Positions 8,971 through 18,309 are shown, counted from the stretch's first letter. The stretch is 43,146 bases of DNA from Campylobacteraceae bacterium (GCA_026982175.1 JALSHP010000357.1:1-43146), one strand, 5' to 3'. The notes: generated from the letters alone by a model not told the origin. Program-made: numbers and translations.

Positions 8971-10260
8971 CTATTTCCCAAAAAACTTATAAAAAAAGTC
9001 AGGCAAGATTTTTAATGCTGAACGGGTAATGGCAAGTGAGCCTTTTTTGACATTTTTGGTGAGCGTTGTTCCTGCTGCGACGATGACATCGTCTTCTATG
9101 GTGACAGGGGCGACGAGTTGTGAATCTGAACCGACAAATACATTTTTACCTATGGTGGTTTTGTATTTTGCTTTACCATCGTAGTTACAAGTAATAACCC
9201 CTGCTCCAATGTTTGAACCCTCATCAATACTCGCATCGCCAATGTAAGCTAAATGTCCAGCTTTTACCCCTGTGAGGGTCGATTTTTTGACCTCTACAAA
9301 GTTTCCTATGTGGGTATTTTTTAAATGTGTTAATGGGCGAACTCTTCCCATAGGTCCAACATCTGAGTTTTCTATGATGGATTCTTCTATGACAGAGTTG
9401 GTTTTAATGTGGGCATTAATGAGTTTTGAAGCTCCTAAAATGGTCACGCCATTTTCTAAAATGCACTCTCCCTCAAAGGTAGCTCTACAATCAATATAGA
9501 TGCTATGAGGAAAACGCATACTCACCCCTTGCTCCATAAGCTCTTTTTTAATTCTGTTTTGCATAATAATCTCAGCATCAGCTAAATCTAGCTTGGAGTT
9601 TACACCCTTGAACTCTTCTTCTTGAACATAAATAGGGCTTACGGTTTTGTTTTCATCAACTGCCATTTTAACAATGTCCGTAAGGTAGTACTCTTTTTGG
9701 GCATTGTCATTAGAGAGTAGGGGAATGTAACGATTAAGCAGTTCGGTCTTTACACAGTAAATTCCTGCATTAACTGTTTTTGTGGTGAGTTGAGCTTCAT
9801 TGCAATCTTTTTGTTCAACTATTTCTTGCACTTTTTCATTACTAATTAAAACACGACCGTAACCATGAGGGTTTTCTAGTTTAATGACGGACATATTAAT
9901 GTCAGCATTGCCACCTGTTAAAGCCAAAAGAGAATCTTGGGTAATGAGGGGCATATCCCCATTTAAAATGAGGGTTTTTTCATATTTTGTCTCTACCCCT
10001 TTCATCGCACCCCCAGTTCCAGGGAACTGTTCGGCATCTTGGAGATGAAAGTTTATGTTTTGGTAGTTCGATTCTATGGCTTTTTGAACACGAGGGGCTT
10101 GGTGATAGAGAACCACGGTAATGTCATCAGAGATTTTTTGACCTGCATCAATGGCGTGAAAGAGCATGGACTTACCTGAAATTTCGTGAAGAACTTTTGG
10201 GGTAGTAGATTTCATTCTACTCCCTTTACCTGCTGCTAAAATAACGATAGAGATAGACAT
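8971..10260 (-). CDS. glmU: Bifunctional UDP-GlcNAc pyrophosphorylase / glucosamine-1-phosphate acetyltransferase
   Basis: ILAAGKGSRMKS..PKVLH, EYYLTD, hexapeptide repeats, GNFVEVK, ITCNYDG. Start at ATG 10260 (MSISIV) after AAAGG. Confidence 0.97.
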   Translation of the reverse strand: MSISIVILAAGKGSRMKSTTPKVLHEISGKSMLFHAIDAGQKISDDITVVLYHQAPRVQKAIESNYQNINFHLQDAEQFPGTGGAMKGVETKYEKTLILNGDMPLITQDSLLALTGGNADINMSVIKLENPHGYGRVLISNEKVQEIVEQKDCNEAQLTTKTVNAGIYCVKTELLNRYIPLLSNDNAQKEYYLTDIVKMAVDENKTVSPIYVQEEEFKGVNSKLDLADAEIIMQNRIKKELMEQGVSMRFPHSIYIDCRATFEGECILENGVTILGASKLINAHIKTNSVIEESIIENSDVGPMGRVRPLTHLKNTHIGNFVEVKKSTLTGVKAGHLAYIGDASIDEGSNIGAGVITCNYDGKAKYKTTIGKNVFVGSDSQLVAPVTIEDDVIVAAGTTLTKNVKKGSLAITRSALKILPDFFYKFFGK

Positions 10261-10368
10261 ATTAATTAGACCTTTACTATATGAAATATTACTTTTTGTG
10301 ATTATATCCAATGAGTGATTAATAACTATGCTATACTTTTTGAATTTTTTTAACAAGAGGTAAATAAG

Positions 10369-10647
10369 ATGAAGAAGATAGGTATTAAATTTGAAAAACT
10401 ATTAGATTATGAATCGTTTGAACCATTGCAGTATTGGTTAGATTATGATTTTGAGTATGAAGATTTAGAAGCATATATAAGTGACAATAAAATAATAGAG
10501 CTTGAACTTGAAGAAGATGAAGACAGAGAAGAAGACATCGAGATGTTACAAGCCTTTTTGAAAAGATTTGATAGAGATGAGATAGCTTATGAACTTTTTG
10601 TCTTGAATAGTGAATGGGAAAAAATAGATTATAATTCAATTGTTTAA
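10369..10647 (+). CDS. Small acidic hypothetical protein (92 aa)
   Basis: ATG preceded by AAGAGG; very D/E-rich; divergent from glmU. Confidence 0.7.
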   Translation: MKKIGIKFEKLLDYESFEPLQYWLDYDFEYEDLEAYISDNKIIELELEEDEDREEDIEMLQAFLKRFDRDEIAYELFVLNSEWEKIDYNSIV

Positions 10648-10865
10648 CTTGTGAAGAAATGACACAAAAAGAGTTCTTTTTTTTTTCTTAAAAATTATTT
10701 TTCAACTAATTATTATATAATCTCACTATATTACATTTATAAGTTTTCTAAATATTTAATAGTACTGATTTTGTATTTTATTATCATTTAGAAGTAGATG
10801 TAAGCAAGTAATAGCCGTTACTCATTACTTTCTTACACACTTATTCTGTTTCAAAATATAAACAT

Positions 10866-10906
10866 TATCTTTTAGATAAGATGTATCTATCTTTTGGATA
10901 TGATGT
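10866..10906. promoter_or_regulatory. Tandem imperfect 19-bp repeat with internal TATC-N5-GATA dyads upstream of the oxidoreductase operon
   Basis: TATCTTTTAGATAAGATGT (10866-10884) and TATCTTTTGGATATGATGT (10888-10906); 17/19 identical, 22-bp period. Confidence 0.45.
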
Positions 10907-10967
10907 CTTAGCTTAATAGCTGAAGTCAATTCATTTTTTGAACACATTCATTTAAGGAGAACCAAAT

Positions 10968-11681
10968 ATGTCAAAGAAAATAACACTTGGTCCGGTGGGG
11001 TATATGCCTCAATCGGCACCAATGATGGGTGTCGAACTCTCACCTGAAGGTAAAGCACTACTATATGGTAACATCGTCGAAGAAGACGAGGCGATGAGAG
11101 ATGCTGCTAAAGCATTGCTTACTATGAAAAATCCTACAATCTTCCCTGGTCCAATGGTTTTATGGGACTGGAAAGAAGATGTAGCTGATAAATCATCTGC
11201 AATCTTAGATTTAGCATCAGAAATTCCAGGATGTAAAATTATTCCTATGCCAGATTACAGACCTAAATATCCAAAGATTGATGTTAAGGCTGAAATTAAT
11301 CCAAACCACCCTAACTTAACAATTCTTGATAACAGAATTAAAGCGTGTGTTTTCATTGGTGTTCACTGTCACTATGCAAATCTTTCTTTAAGAATGATTA
11401 GAGCTGGTACTGACTGTTATACCATTGCAATGTGTGCTGAAATGGGTCATGAAGAAGCTATGGCTTCTATTAGAGATGTTCACGCATCTGACATTCAGAG
11501 ATTTAAAGATATTGTCATTGAAGTTAGAAATGAACTTGGTATCGAACATACAACAACTATGCCTCCAGAAAACCCTTCTTTACCAAAAGAGGATTGGGGA
11601 GCGCTTACACCTTCTGATTATGGTGAGTATCGATCTCTCATTATGAGTAAAAAAGGTGAACACGTAACAGCTGTTGAATAA
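10968..11681 (+). CDS. forD: Five-subunit-type 2-oxoacid:ferredoxin oxidoreductase delta subunit, set 1 (probable 2-oxoglutarate enzyme)
   Basis: PTIFPGP, MPDYRPKYPKID..EINPNHPNLTI, GVHCHYAN; paralog of 14870..15439; AAGGAG RBS; first gene of a D-A-B-G-E order. Confidence 0.7.
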   Translation: MSKKITLGPVGYMPQSAPMMGVELSPEGKALLYGNIVEEDEAMRDAAKALLTMKNPTIFPGPMVLWDWKEDVADKSSAILDLASEIPGCKIIPMPDYRPKYPKIDVKAEINPNHPNLTILDNRIKACVFIGVHCHYANLSLRMIRAGTDCYTIAMCAEMGHEEAMASIRDVHASDIQRFKDIVIEVRNELGIEHTTTMPPENPSLPKEDWGALTPSDYGEYRSLIMSKKGEHVTAVE

Positions 11682-11695
11682 GAATAGGAGATAAA

Positions 11696-12865
11696 ATGAG
11701 TTTAAACAAAAAATTAGTCGATATGAACTACCTCTTAAAAGAGGCACCAAGAGAAAAGCACTTTATTACAGGTGCTCAAGCAATGGCGGAAGCTGTTAAA
11801 AGAGCAAGTGTAGATATGGCGATTGCTTACCCTATTACTCCTCAATCAGAAGTAATGCACTTGGTGGGTGATATTTATGCTCAAGGGCATATTAAAGAGT
11901 ACTACAGAGCTGAAGAAGAGCTTGGAACAATGTCAGCAATTGCTGGTGCTGCTAGAGCTGGTGTAAGATTGTTTACAGCAACTTCTGGACCTGGTCTTTT
12001 AAGAGGATTAGAAGCGATTGTTTCATGGCCTGGACATAGAGTTCCATGTGTTCTTGGAGTACTTACACGTGTTATTAATGCACCACTTTCAATTCAACCA
12101 GATAACATTGAAATGGCGTACTTAATGCATTCAGGTATTGTTATGTTACATGCTGAAAATCAGCAAGATACATTTGACATGACCTTAGCAGCATTTGCGA
12201 TTACTGAAAAAGTTGACGTTTACATTCCTGTATCTGTTTCTACTGAAGGTTTCTTCGTAACACACGCTAAAGGTTATGTTGAGATGATGGATGAAGAGTT
12301 GGCATTTAATGAACCAGATCCATACAAAGCTCCAGTTCCTGCAATGGATAACGAAGTTCCACCAGCAAGAATTCAAAGAGATGCTCCTGTTCAAAAGTCA
12401 AACTTTATGTCTTACTTGATTCACTCAGTATGGCAACAAGAGATTTGGGATTCAAACCAAAGAGCAATGAAATATATCTATGAGTACCTTGGTGGACCAA
12501 TTGAAGTTCAAAACCCAGGTGCAGATGTAATGATTGTTGCTTCTGGATGTGCTGCTGCACAAGCTAGAGAAGCACATAGATATGCTCAAGAAGAGGGTTT
12601 AAGTGTTGGTTTTGTTAAAGTAAGAGCCATTAGACCTTGGCCAAAAGCTGAAATTAGAGAAGCATTAGCGACTACAAAAACTGTTATTGTTCCAGAACAT
12701 AACATTATTGGTTGGTTATGTAAAGAGGTTAAAGCAGCAATTCCAAACTCTGGTATTGTTACTGAAGGACCGAGAGTATACGGTGGTATGACACTACCAG
12801 TAGAATTGATTATGACCGAGATTTATGATGCTCTTGGTATGAAATCAGAAGTATTACAAGCATAA
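11696..12865 (+). CDS. forA: 2-oxoacid:ferredoxin oxidoreductase alpha subunit, set 1
   Basis: AYPITPQSE, TATSGPGL, RVINAPLSIQPD, VRAIRPWP. Substrate inferred from gene order only. Confidence 0.8.
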   Translation: MSLNKKLVDMNYLLKEAPREKHFITGAQAMAEAVKRASVDMAIAYPITPQSEVMHLVGDIYAQGHIKEYYRAEEELGTMSAIAGAARAGVRLFTATSGPGLLRGLEAIVSWPGHRVPCVLGVLTRVINAPLSIQPDNIEMAYLMHSGIVMLHAENQQDTFDMTLAAFAITEKVDVYIPVSVSTEGFFVTHAKGYVEMMDEELAFNEPDPYKAPVPAMDNEVPPARIQRDAPVQKSNFMSYLIHSVWQQEIWDSNQRAMKYIYEYLGGPIEVQNPGADVMIVASGCAAAQAREAHRYAQEEGLSVGFVKVRAIRPWPKAEIREALATTKTVIVPEHNIIGWLCKEVKAAIPNSGIVTEGPRVYGGMTLPVELIMTEIYDALGMKSEVLQA

Positions 12866-12875
12866 AGGATAGATT

Positions 12876-13751
12876 ATGAGTTTAAATTATATGGTTCCAG
12901 CGTCAAAGTTTAAGAGGTATTTACCAAAAGATTACGTTGAATTGGTAAATTATGGTCCATTTGGTAAAACATTCGCAGAATGTGGTACCAAAAACATGGG
13001 TAAATATAAAGAGTTAGTAGAAGAGCACCCAATGTGTTCTGGTTGTTGGATGGCTTATTACATTAAAATCATCTTTGCATCACTTCCTAACCCTGAGCAT
13101 ACAGTAACTATTGGTACTGCTGGATGTGGTAGACTTGCAATTTCTCAAGCTGCTGTTCCTTTCATTTACGGTAACTACGGTGACCAAAATGCAATGGCTT
13201 CAGGTATTACTAGAGCGTTTAGATTAAGATTCCCTGATCAGCAAAAAGATGTTATTACTATTGCTGGTGATGGTGGAATGATGGACATTGGTTTCTCAAT
13301 GACAATGCACGCATGGTTTAGAGGTGAAAAATTCACAACTATCATGCTTGACAATGAAGTTTATGGAAACACAGGTGGACAAGAGTCTGGTATGTCTGTA
13401 AAAGGTGCCGTTCTTAAAATGTCTCCAAAAGGTAAAAACTTTAATAAAATGCCTGCTATGCAACTGGCAATTACTGCTGGGTGTGTTTATGTTGTTAAAA
13501 TGTCTCCGACAAACATCAACAAAGCAGCCAAAGCAATTAGAAGAGCAATCTTTGCAGCAAGAGAACTTGGACCAACATTTATCCATGCATATACTTCTTG
13601 TAACATTGAGTACTCTATTCCTACTCCAGATGTATTTAAAGATGCACAAGAGATGGCTAAAGGGCGTTTTGCATTTGAAGAATTTATGACTGATGAAGCT
13701 AAAGAGCTTTTCACAGTAGTAGAAGCTAAAAAGAAAAAAGAGGTAAATTAG
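12876..13751 (+). CDS. forB: 2-oxoacid:ferredoxin oxidoreductase beta (TPP-binding) subunit, set 1
   Basis: CSGC...GC...C Fe-S ligands; GDGG...DNEVYGNTGGQES TPP motif. Confidence 0.8.
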   Translation: MSLNYMVPASKFKRYLPKDYVELVNYGPFGKTFAECGTKNMGKYKELVEEHPMCSGCWMAYYIKIIFASLPNPEHTVTIGTAGCGRLAISQAAVPFIYGNYGDQNAMASGITRAFRLRFPDQQKDVITIAGDGGMMDIGFSMTMHAWFRGEKFTTIMLDNEVYGNTGGQESGMSVKGAVLKMSPKGKNFNKMPAMQLAITAGCVYVVKMSPTNINKAAKAIRRAIFAARELGPTFIHAYTSCNIEYSIPTPDVFKDAQEMAKGRFAFEEFMTDEAKELFTVVEAKKKKEVN

Positions 13752-13752
13752 T

Positions 13753-14457
13753 ATGGCAGACGATAAAAAAAGATATAACATACGAATTTCTGGGCTAGGT
13801 GGACAAGGGGTTGTTACCTCTGCTCACATTCTTGGAAATGCAATGGACAATGCTGGTAAGTTTGCTTCTTTGGTACCATTTTTTGGTTCAGAGAAAAGAA
13901 TGGCACCAGTTGAGGCTTACGTAAGAGCATCTTCTCAACCAATTTATGAAGTTGGTGAAGTTGTATATCCAGACATTATTATGATTTACCACTCTCAAGT
14001 TGTAACACATGGTAAATCTTATACAATGCCTTTCTATACAGGTCTTAAAAAAGATTCTCTTATTATCATTAACTCGGACATTGATGTTCTTGATGAAGAA
14101 GATAAAGCAGTTTTAAATAGACTTAATGCAAAAGTTATTCAATTTGAAGCAACTGAATTGGCTAAAAAAGTTGCAGGTACAGAACTTGCAACTAACATGG
14201 CAATGATGGGTATGGTTCTTGGGATGACTAAATTAGTTACTGAAGAGAATATTGAAAAAGCAGTAAGAGAGAGATTCTTAGGAAACTCATTTGTTGCTTC
14301 TGGTGGTACAGCATCACTCGATTCAGCAATTGAGAAAAAGTTTAAGAAAAAAGAAGAATTACTTTCTAAAAACATGGAAGTAATTAACAAAACTTTCGAG
14401 ATGGCAGCGTCTATTGATTTAAGCAATGCCCCTCTAGTAACTAAAATTGAAATATAA
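13753..14457 (+). CDS. forG: 2-oxoacid:ferredoxin oxidoreductase gamma subunit, set 1
   Basis: GLGGQGVVT, PFFGSEKRMAP, TNMAMMG. Confidence 0.8.
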   Translation: MADDKKRYNIRISGLGGQGVVTSAHILGNAMDNAGKFASLVPFFGSEKRMAPVEAYVRASSQPIYEVGEVVYPDIIMIYHSQVVTHGKSYTMPFYTGLKKDSLIIINSDIDVLDEEDKAVLNRLNAKVIQFEATELAKKVAGTELATNMAMMGMVLGMTKLVTEENIEKAVRERFLGNSFVASGGTASLDSAIEKKFKKKEELLSKNMEVINKTFEMAASIDLSNAPLVTKIEI

Positions 14458-14469
14458 CAAAGGATAAAA

Positions 14470-14694
14470 ATGTACTACGTAGCAAAAGTTGATTCAAGTA
14501 AATGTTCAGAGTATAAGTGTAACATGTGTACACTTTACTGTCCAGAAGCAAACACCTTAATGTATGATGAAGAGAATAAAACTTCATGGGTTGATGAAGA
14601 TAGATGTAAAGGGTGTGCAATTTGTGTATACGTTTGTTCTGACCTTCTTGACAGAAATTGTATTGAAATGGCAATGGTATCTACTGAAGACTAA
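14470..14694 (+). CDS. forE: Ferredoxin-like epsilon subunit (2x[4Fe-4S] type)
   Basis: CSEYKCNMCTLYCP and CKGCAICVYVC motifs; AAGGA RBS. Confidence 0.8.
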   Translation: MYYVAKVDSSKCSEYKCNMCTLYCPEANTLMYDEENKTSWVDEDRCKGCAICVYVCSDLLDRNCIEMAMVSTED

Positions 14695-14704
14695 TCTCTT
14701 TAGT

Positions 14705-14839
14705 TGTGAGGAGAGAACTCCTCACACCACTGTTTAATCCCTCTTGTAGATCTACAAGAGAAAACACTGTTCTGCCATGTGTTTAAGATTTATCCCCTAA
14801 AACTTATTATAGATGGAGATAAACTTTACGCACATGGCA
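14705..14839. other. Structured intergenic spacer with three consecutive stem-loops
   Basis: TGTGAGGAG/CTCCTCACA (14705-14726); perfect 20-bp palindrome CTCTTGTAGATCTACAAGAG (14741-14760); long imperfect stem TGCCATGTG...TTTATC / GATAAA...CACATGGCA (14773-14839). Confidence 0.75.
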
Positions 14840-14869
14840 TAATGGTAGTATAAAAATTTAGGAGACAAT

Positions 14870-15439
14870 ATGGCAAATTTAGGCCCAGCTGATTATTCAC
14901 CGTATCCAGTTGCAACTTATGATGGTTTATATACACCAGATGAGGGTAAAGCAATGTTATTAACTGAAATGGTTGATGAAGAAGTAGCAATGAGAGAAGT
15001 TGCTAGAGTAATGTTAACAAGTGAAAATGCAACTATCTTCCCTGGTCCACAAGTATTATATGCTTGGAGTGAAGAGGCGAAGAAAAAAGCAACACTTATT
15101 AAAGAGATGTCAGAAGTTTTAGGGGCTAAAATGATACCTATGTATGATTATAGACCAAAATATCCTAAAATTGATGCAGAAGTTGAGATTAACCCTAACC
15201 ACCCGAACTTAACAATTTGGCACAATAACATTAAAGCATGTATCTTTATTGGAGTACACTGTCACTATGCAAACGTTGCGTTAAAAATTATACGTTCAGA
15301 GACTGATTGTTATACTATTGGTATGTGTGCCTTATCTGGTCACGAAGATGCTATGGCAACCATTAGAGATCAACATTCTGAAGATTTAGCTAAATTTATT
15401 GAAATTGCTAAAGAAGTCAAGCAAGAGCTTGGTAAATAG
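14870..15439 (+). CDS. porD: Five-subunit-type oxidoreductase delta subunit, set 2 (probable pyruvate enzyme)
   Basis: TIFPGPQ, MYDYRPKYPKIDAEVEINPNHPNLTI, GVHCHYAN; AGGAG RBS. Confidence 0.7.
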   Translation: MANLGPADYSPYPVATYDGLYTPDEGKAMLLTEMVDEEVAMREVARVMLTSENATIFPGPQVLYAWSEEAKKKATLIKEMSEVLGAKMIPMYDYRPKYPKIDAEVEINPNHPNLTIWHNNIKACIFIGVHCHYANVALKIIRSETDCYTIGMCALSGHEDAMATIRDQHSEDLAKFIEIAKEVKQELGK

Positions 15440-15457
15440 AGACTAGGAGGTTTTACT

Positions 15458-16651
15458 ATGACAAAAAGAAGTGATATGACAGCAGAGAAGAACTGGTCAG
15501 GACAGAAGATAGTTTCCCCTGATTATTTACTTTTCGAAGCCCCAAGAGAAAAACACTTTATGACAGGTTCAGAAGTTGTTAAAGAAGCAATGAAAAGATG
15601 TACAGTAGATGCATCAGTATCGTATCCAATTACGCCACAGTCAGAAGCAGCACACCTTATTGGTGAACTATGGGCTGAGGGTTACATTGGTACTTACTTT
15701 AGAGGTGAAAATGAGTTTGGTGTTATGTCTGAAGTTGCAGGTTGTGCAATGGCAGGTTCAAGAACAGTAACAACAACATCAGGTCCTGGTACACTTAGAG
15801 CAATGGAAAACTTTCCAATGTGGTCAGGTACTAGAATTCCATGTCAATTAATCTTAATGGCAAGAGGGATTAACTCTCCACTTACCATTCAACCAGATAA
15901 CTTGGAAGTCTCTTTCTTACTTGAAACTGGATGTATGATTTGGTATGCTGAAAATGTTCAAGAACTTTTCGACATGACAATCGCAGCGTTTATTGTTGCT
16001 GAAAAACCAGATGTACATATTCCAATTATTACAGCAGTTGATGGATTCTTTGTATCACATACAAGAGAGTCAGTAATGTTACCAGCTGATGACATTGCAT
16101 TACCACCGTATGATCCGTATGCAGCACCACTACCTCCGATTGATTCAGAGATGCCTCCAGGAAGATTCCTAAGAGATCCATTTGTAATGAAATCTAACTA
16201 CATTTCATATGCGACACATGCATCATGGCAGTGGGAAGTACGTTCAGCAGCTGATAGATCAAGAAAATATGCGAAACATTTCCTTAAAGGTCTTGTGCAT
16301 ACAACAGGTGATGATGTAGCAGATGTGGTATTTGTAGCGTGTGGTACAGCATCACACCAAGCTAAAGAAGCACACAGAGAATTGGCTAAATTGGGCGTAA
16401 CTTGTAAAGTAGTTAAGCTTAGAACCATTAGACCATTCCCAACAGAAGAGTTAATTGAAGCGACTAAAGGTGCTAAATATATCTTTGTTCCTGAATTTAA
16501 CGTTACTGGTTGGTTATACAATGAAGTTGTTAAAGCACTTTATGGTCGTTCTGAATCAGAAGTAATTGGTAAGCCTAGAGTTGCTGGTGGTATGAGTATG
16601 CCAGTTGAAGAAATTCTTAAAGAAGTTGCAAACTTCGTTAAAATAGATTAA
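15458..16651 (+). CDS. porA: 2-oxoacid:ferredoxin oxidoreductase alpha subunit, set 2
   Basis: SYPITPQSE, TTTSGPGT, RGINSPLTIQPD, DGFFVSH, LRTIRPFP. Confidence 0.8.
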   Translation: MTKRSDMTAEKNWSGQKIVSPDYLLFEAPREKHFMTGSEVVKEAMKRCTVDASVSYPITPQSEAAHLIGELWAEGYIGTYFRGENEFGVMSEVAGCAMAGSRTVTTTSGPGTLRAMENFPMWSGTRIPCQLILMARGINSPLTIQPDNLEVSFLLETGCMIWYAENVQELFDMTIAAFIVAEKPDVHIPIITAVDGFFVSHTRESVMLPADDIALPPYDPYAAPLPPIDSEMPPGRFLRDPFVMKSNYISYATHASWQWEVRSAADRSRKYAKHFLKGLVHTTGDDVADVVFVACGTASHQAKEAHRELAKLGVTCKVVKLRTIRPFPTEELIEATKGAKYIFVPEFNVTGWLYNEVVKALYGRSESEVIGKPRVAGGMSMPVEEILKEVANFVKID

Positions 16652-16661
16652 GGAGCGTAAT

Positions 16662-17531
16662 ATGTCAGTAGATATTTACAAAATTAACCCTGAGTTTAGA
16701 GATATTATGCCAAAAGACATTATTGATCTTGAAGATAATGCAACATGGCATGCTACGGCGACTAAAAACCGTGGTATCTCTGATTTACCAGATAAAAAAG
16801 AGATTTTAGAAGAGCATTCACTTTGTGCTGGTTGTCCAGAAGCAGCAGCATTAAGATACATCTTAACTGCACTTCCAATTCCAGAAGATACAATTATTGT
16901 TAACTCAACTGGTTGTACTTCATTGATGTTCCCACACATCGCATTACATACAGTACACTCACTTTTTGGTAACCAAAATGCTGTTGCATCTGGTATCAAA
17001 AGAACTTTAGACTGGAGATTCCCAGATAAAACTAAAGATGTTATTGTTCTAGCAGGTGATGGTGCGACTATTGATATTGGTCTTGACTACACTTTACAGT
17101 CATGGTTCAGACAAGAGAAGATTACAACTATCTGTTTTGATAACGAAGTTTATGCAAACACAGGTGGACAAGAATCTGGTTCTACACCAAAAGGTCAAGT
17201 ATTTAAAATGGCTCCTAAAGGAAAAGTTTTTGACAAAGTACCTATGTGGGAATTAGCAGTAACTTCAGGTTGTCAATACTCTGTTAAATTAACAGCATCA
17301 GCACCTAAAAAAGTTGCTAAAGTTCTTAGAGAAGCGGTATTGGTTGCTAGAGAACTTGGACCAACATACATTCACTTATACACTCCATGTATTCTTGAAA
17401 TTGGTTTGGCTGCAAACGAAGGTTTATGGGAAATGAAAGAGCAAGATAAAGAGAGATTTGAATCTTTCCGTTACGTTTCTCCAGAAGCTGAAGAGTACTT
17501 AAAAGAATGCAAAGCGAAAGGAATTCTATAA
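16662..17531 (+). CDS. porB: 2-oxoacid:ferredoxin oxidoreductase beta subunit, set 2
   Basis: HSLCAGCPE, NSTGC, AGDGATIDIG, DNEVYANTGGQES, YTPC. Confidence 0.8.
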   Translation: MSVDIYKINPEFRDIMPKDIIDLEDNATWHATATKNRGISDLPDKKEILEEHSLCAGCPEAAALRYILTALPIPEDTIIVNSTGCTSLMFPHIALHTVHSLFGNQNAVASGIKRTLDWRFPDKTKDVIVLAGDGATIDIGLDYTLQSWFRQEKITTICFDNEVYANTGGQESGSTPKGQVFKMAPKGKVFDKVPMWELAVTSGCQYSVKLTASAPKKVAKVLREAVLVARELGPTYIHLYTPCILEIGLAANEGLWEMKEQDKERFESFRYVSPEAEEYLKECKAKGIL

Positions 17532-18265
17532 TGGCAAAAGATTCGATTAAAGTTAGAATGCCTGCCCTTGGTGGGCAAGGGGCAGTTACAGCAGCACATA
17601 TTGCTGCTACTGCTGCAGATACTGAAGGTTACTATGCTGTTTCTAACCCTTTCTTTGGGGCAGAGAAAAGAATGGCACCATCTGAGTCTTACACAAGAAT
17701 TGGAACGGTACCAATCTTTGATAGAGGGGAAGTAGTTTACCCTGATATTGTTATGATTTATCACCCACAAGTTGTTACTATGGGTAAATCATACACCATG
17801 CCTTTTTATGCAGGTATTAAAGATGATGGTTTAGTTATTATTAACTCTGACATCGAACTTTTAACTGATGAAGATAAAAAGATTTTAGCTGATAAAAATG
17901 TAAAAGTTCTTACTAAAGATTTTACTAAATTTGCGATTGATATTGCGGGTACAGAACTTGCAACTAACATGGCAATGCTAGGTGCACTGTTTGGTGTACT
18001 TGGAACCATTGGTAAACCAGCGATTGAAGAGGGAATTAAAGATAGATTCCTTAAAAAATATACAGCTTCTGGTGGTACTGCATCACTTGACTCTGTTATT
18101 GAGAAAAAGTTCAAGAAAAAATTGGATTTAATTCAGAAAAACCTTGAAACTGCTTCAGCAGCATTTGACTTAGCAGCAGAATGGGCTAAAGAGGTAGGTT
18201 TAGAGCCTATGTTACTTGACCCATCACATGTTGTACCTGTAGATACAGGATATGTAACAGCTTAA
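17531..18265 (+). CDS. porG: 2-oxoacid:ferredoxin oxidoreductase gamma subunit, set 2
   Basis: LGGQGAVT, PFFGAEKRMAP, TNMAMLG. Likely start is the ATG at 17531 (MAKDSI), overlapping the upstream TAA. Confidence 0.8.
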   Translation: MAKDSIKVRMPALGGQGAVTAAHIAATAADTEGYYAVSNPFFGAEKRMAPSESYTRIGTVPIFDRGEVVYPDIVMIYHPQVVTMGKSYTMPFYAGIKDDGLVIINSDIELLTDEDKKILADKNVKVLTKDFTKFAIDIAGTELATNMAMLGALFGVLGTIGKPAIEEGIKDRFLKKYTASGGTASLDSVIEKKFKKKLDLIQKNLETASAAFDLAAEWAKEVGLEPMLLDPSHVVPVDTGYVTA

Positions 18266-18270
18266 GCTAT

Positions 18271-18309
18271 TAACAACTGTGCCTTGGCACAGTTGTTATT
18301 TTAATTTTT
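18271..18309 (+). terminator. Rho-independent terminator of the oxidoreductase operon
   Basis: TAACAACTGTGCC-TT-GGCACAGTTGTTA perfect 13-bp inverted repeat followed by TTTTAATTTTT. Confidence 0.85.

Noticed and set aside
10261-10356. 32-aa N-terminal extension of GlmU
   Set aside because: This is AT-rich promoter sequence; the conserved start and RBS are at 10260.
10677-10686. T10 tract as a phase-variation switch
   Set aside because: It is intergenic in a very AT-rich region, and nothing places it in a promoter spacer.
14695-14869. Hidden second epsilon (porE) ORF
   Set aside because: I found no plausible Cys-rich ORF with an RBS; the region is dominated by stem-loops.
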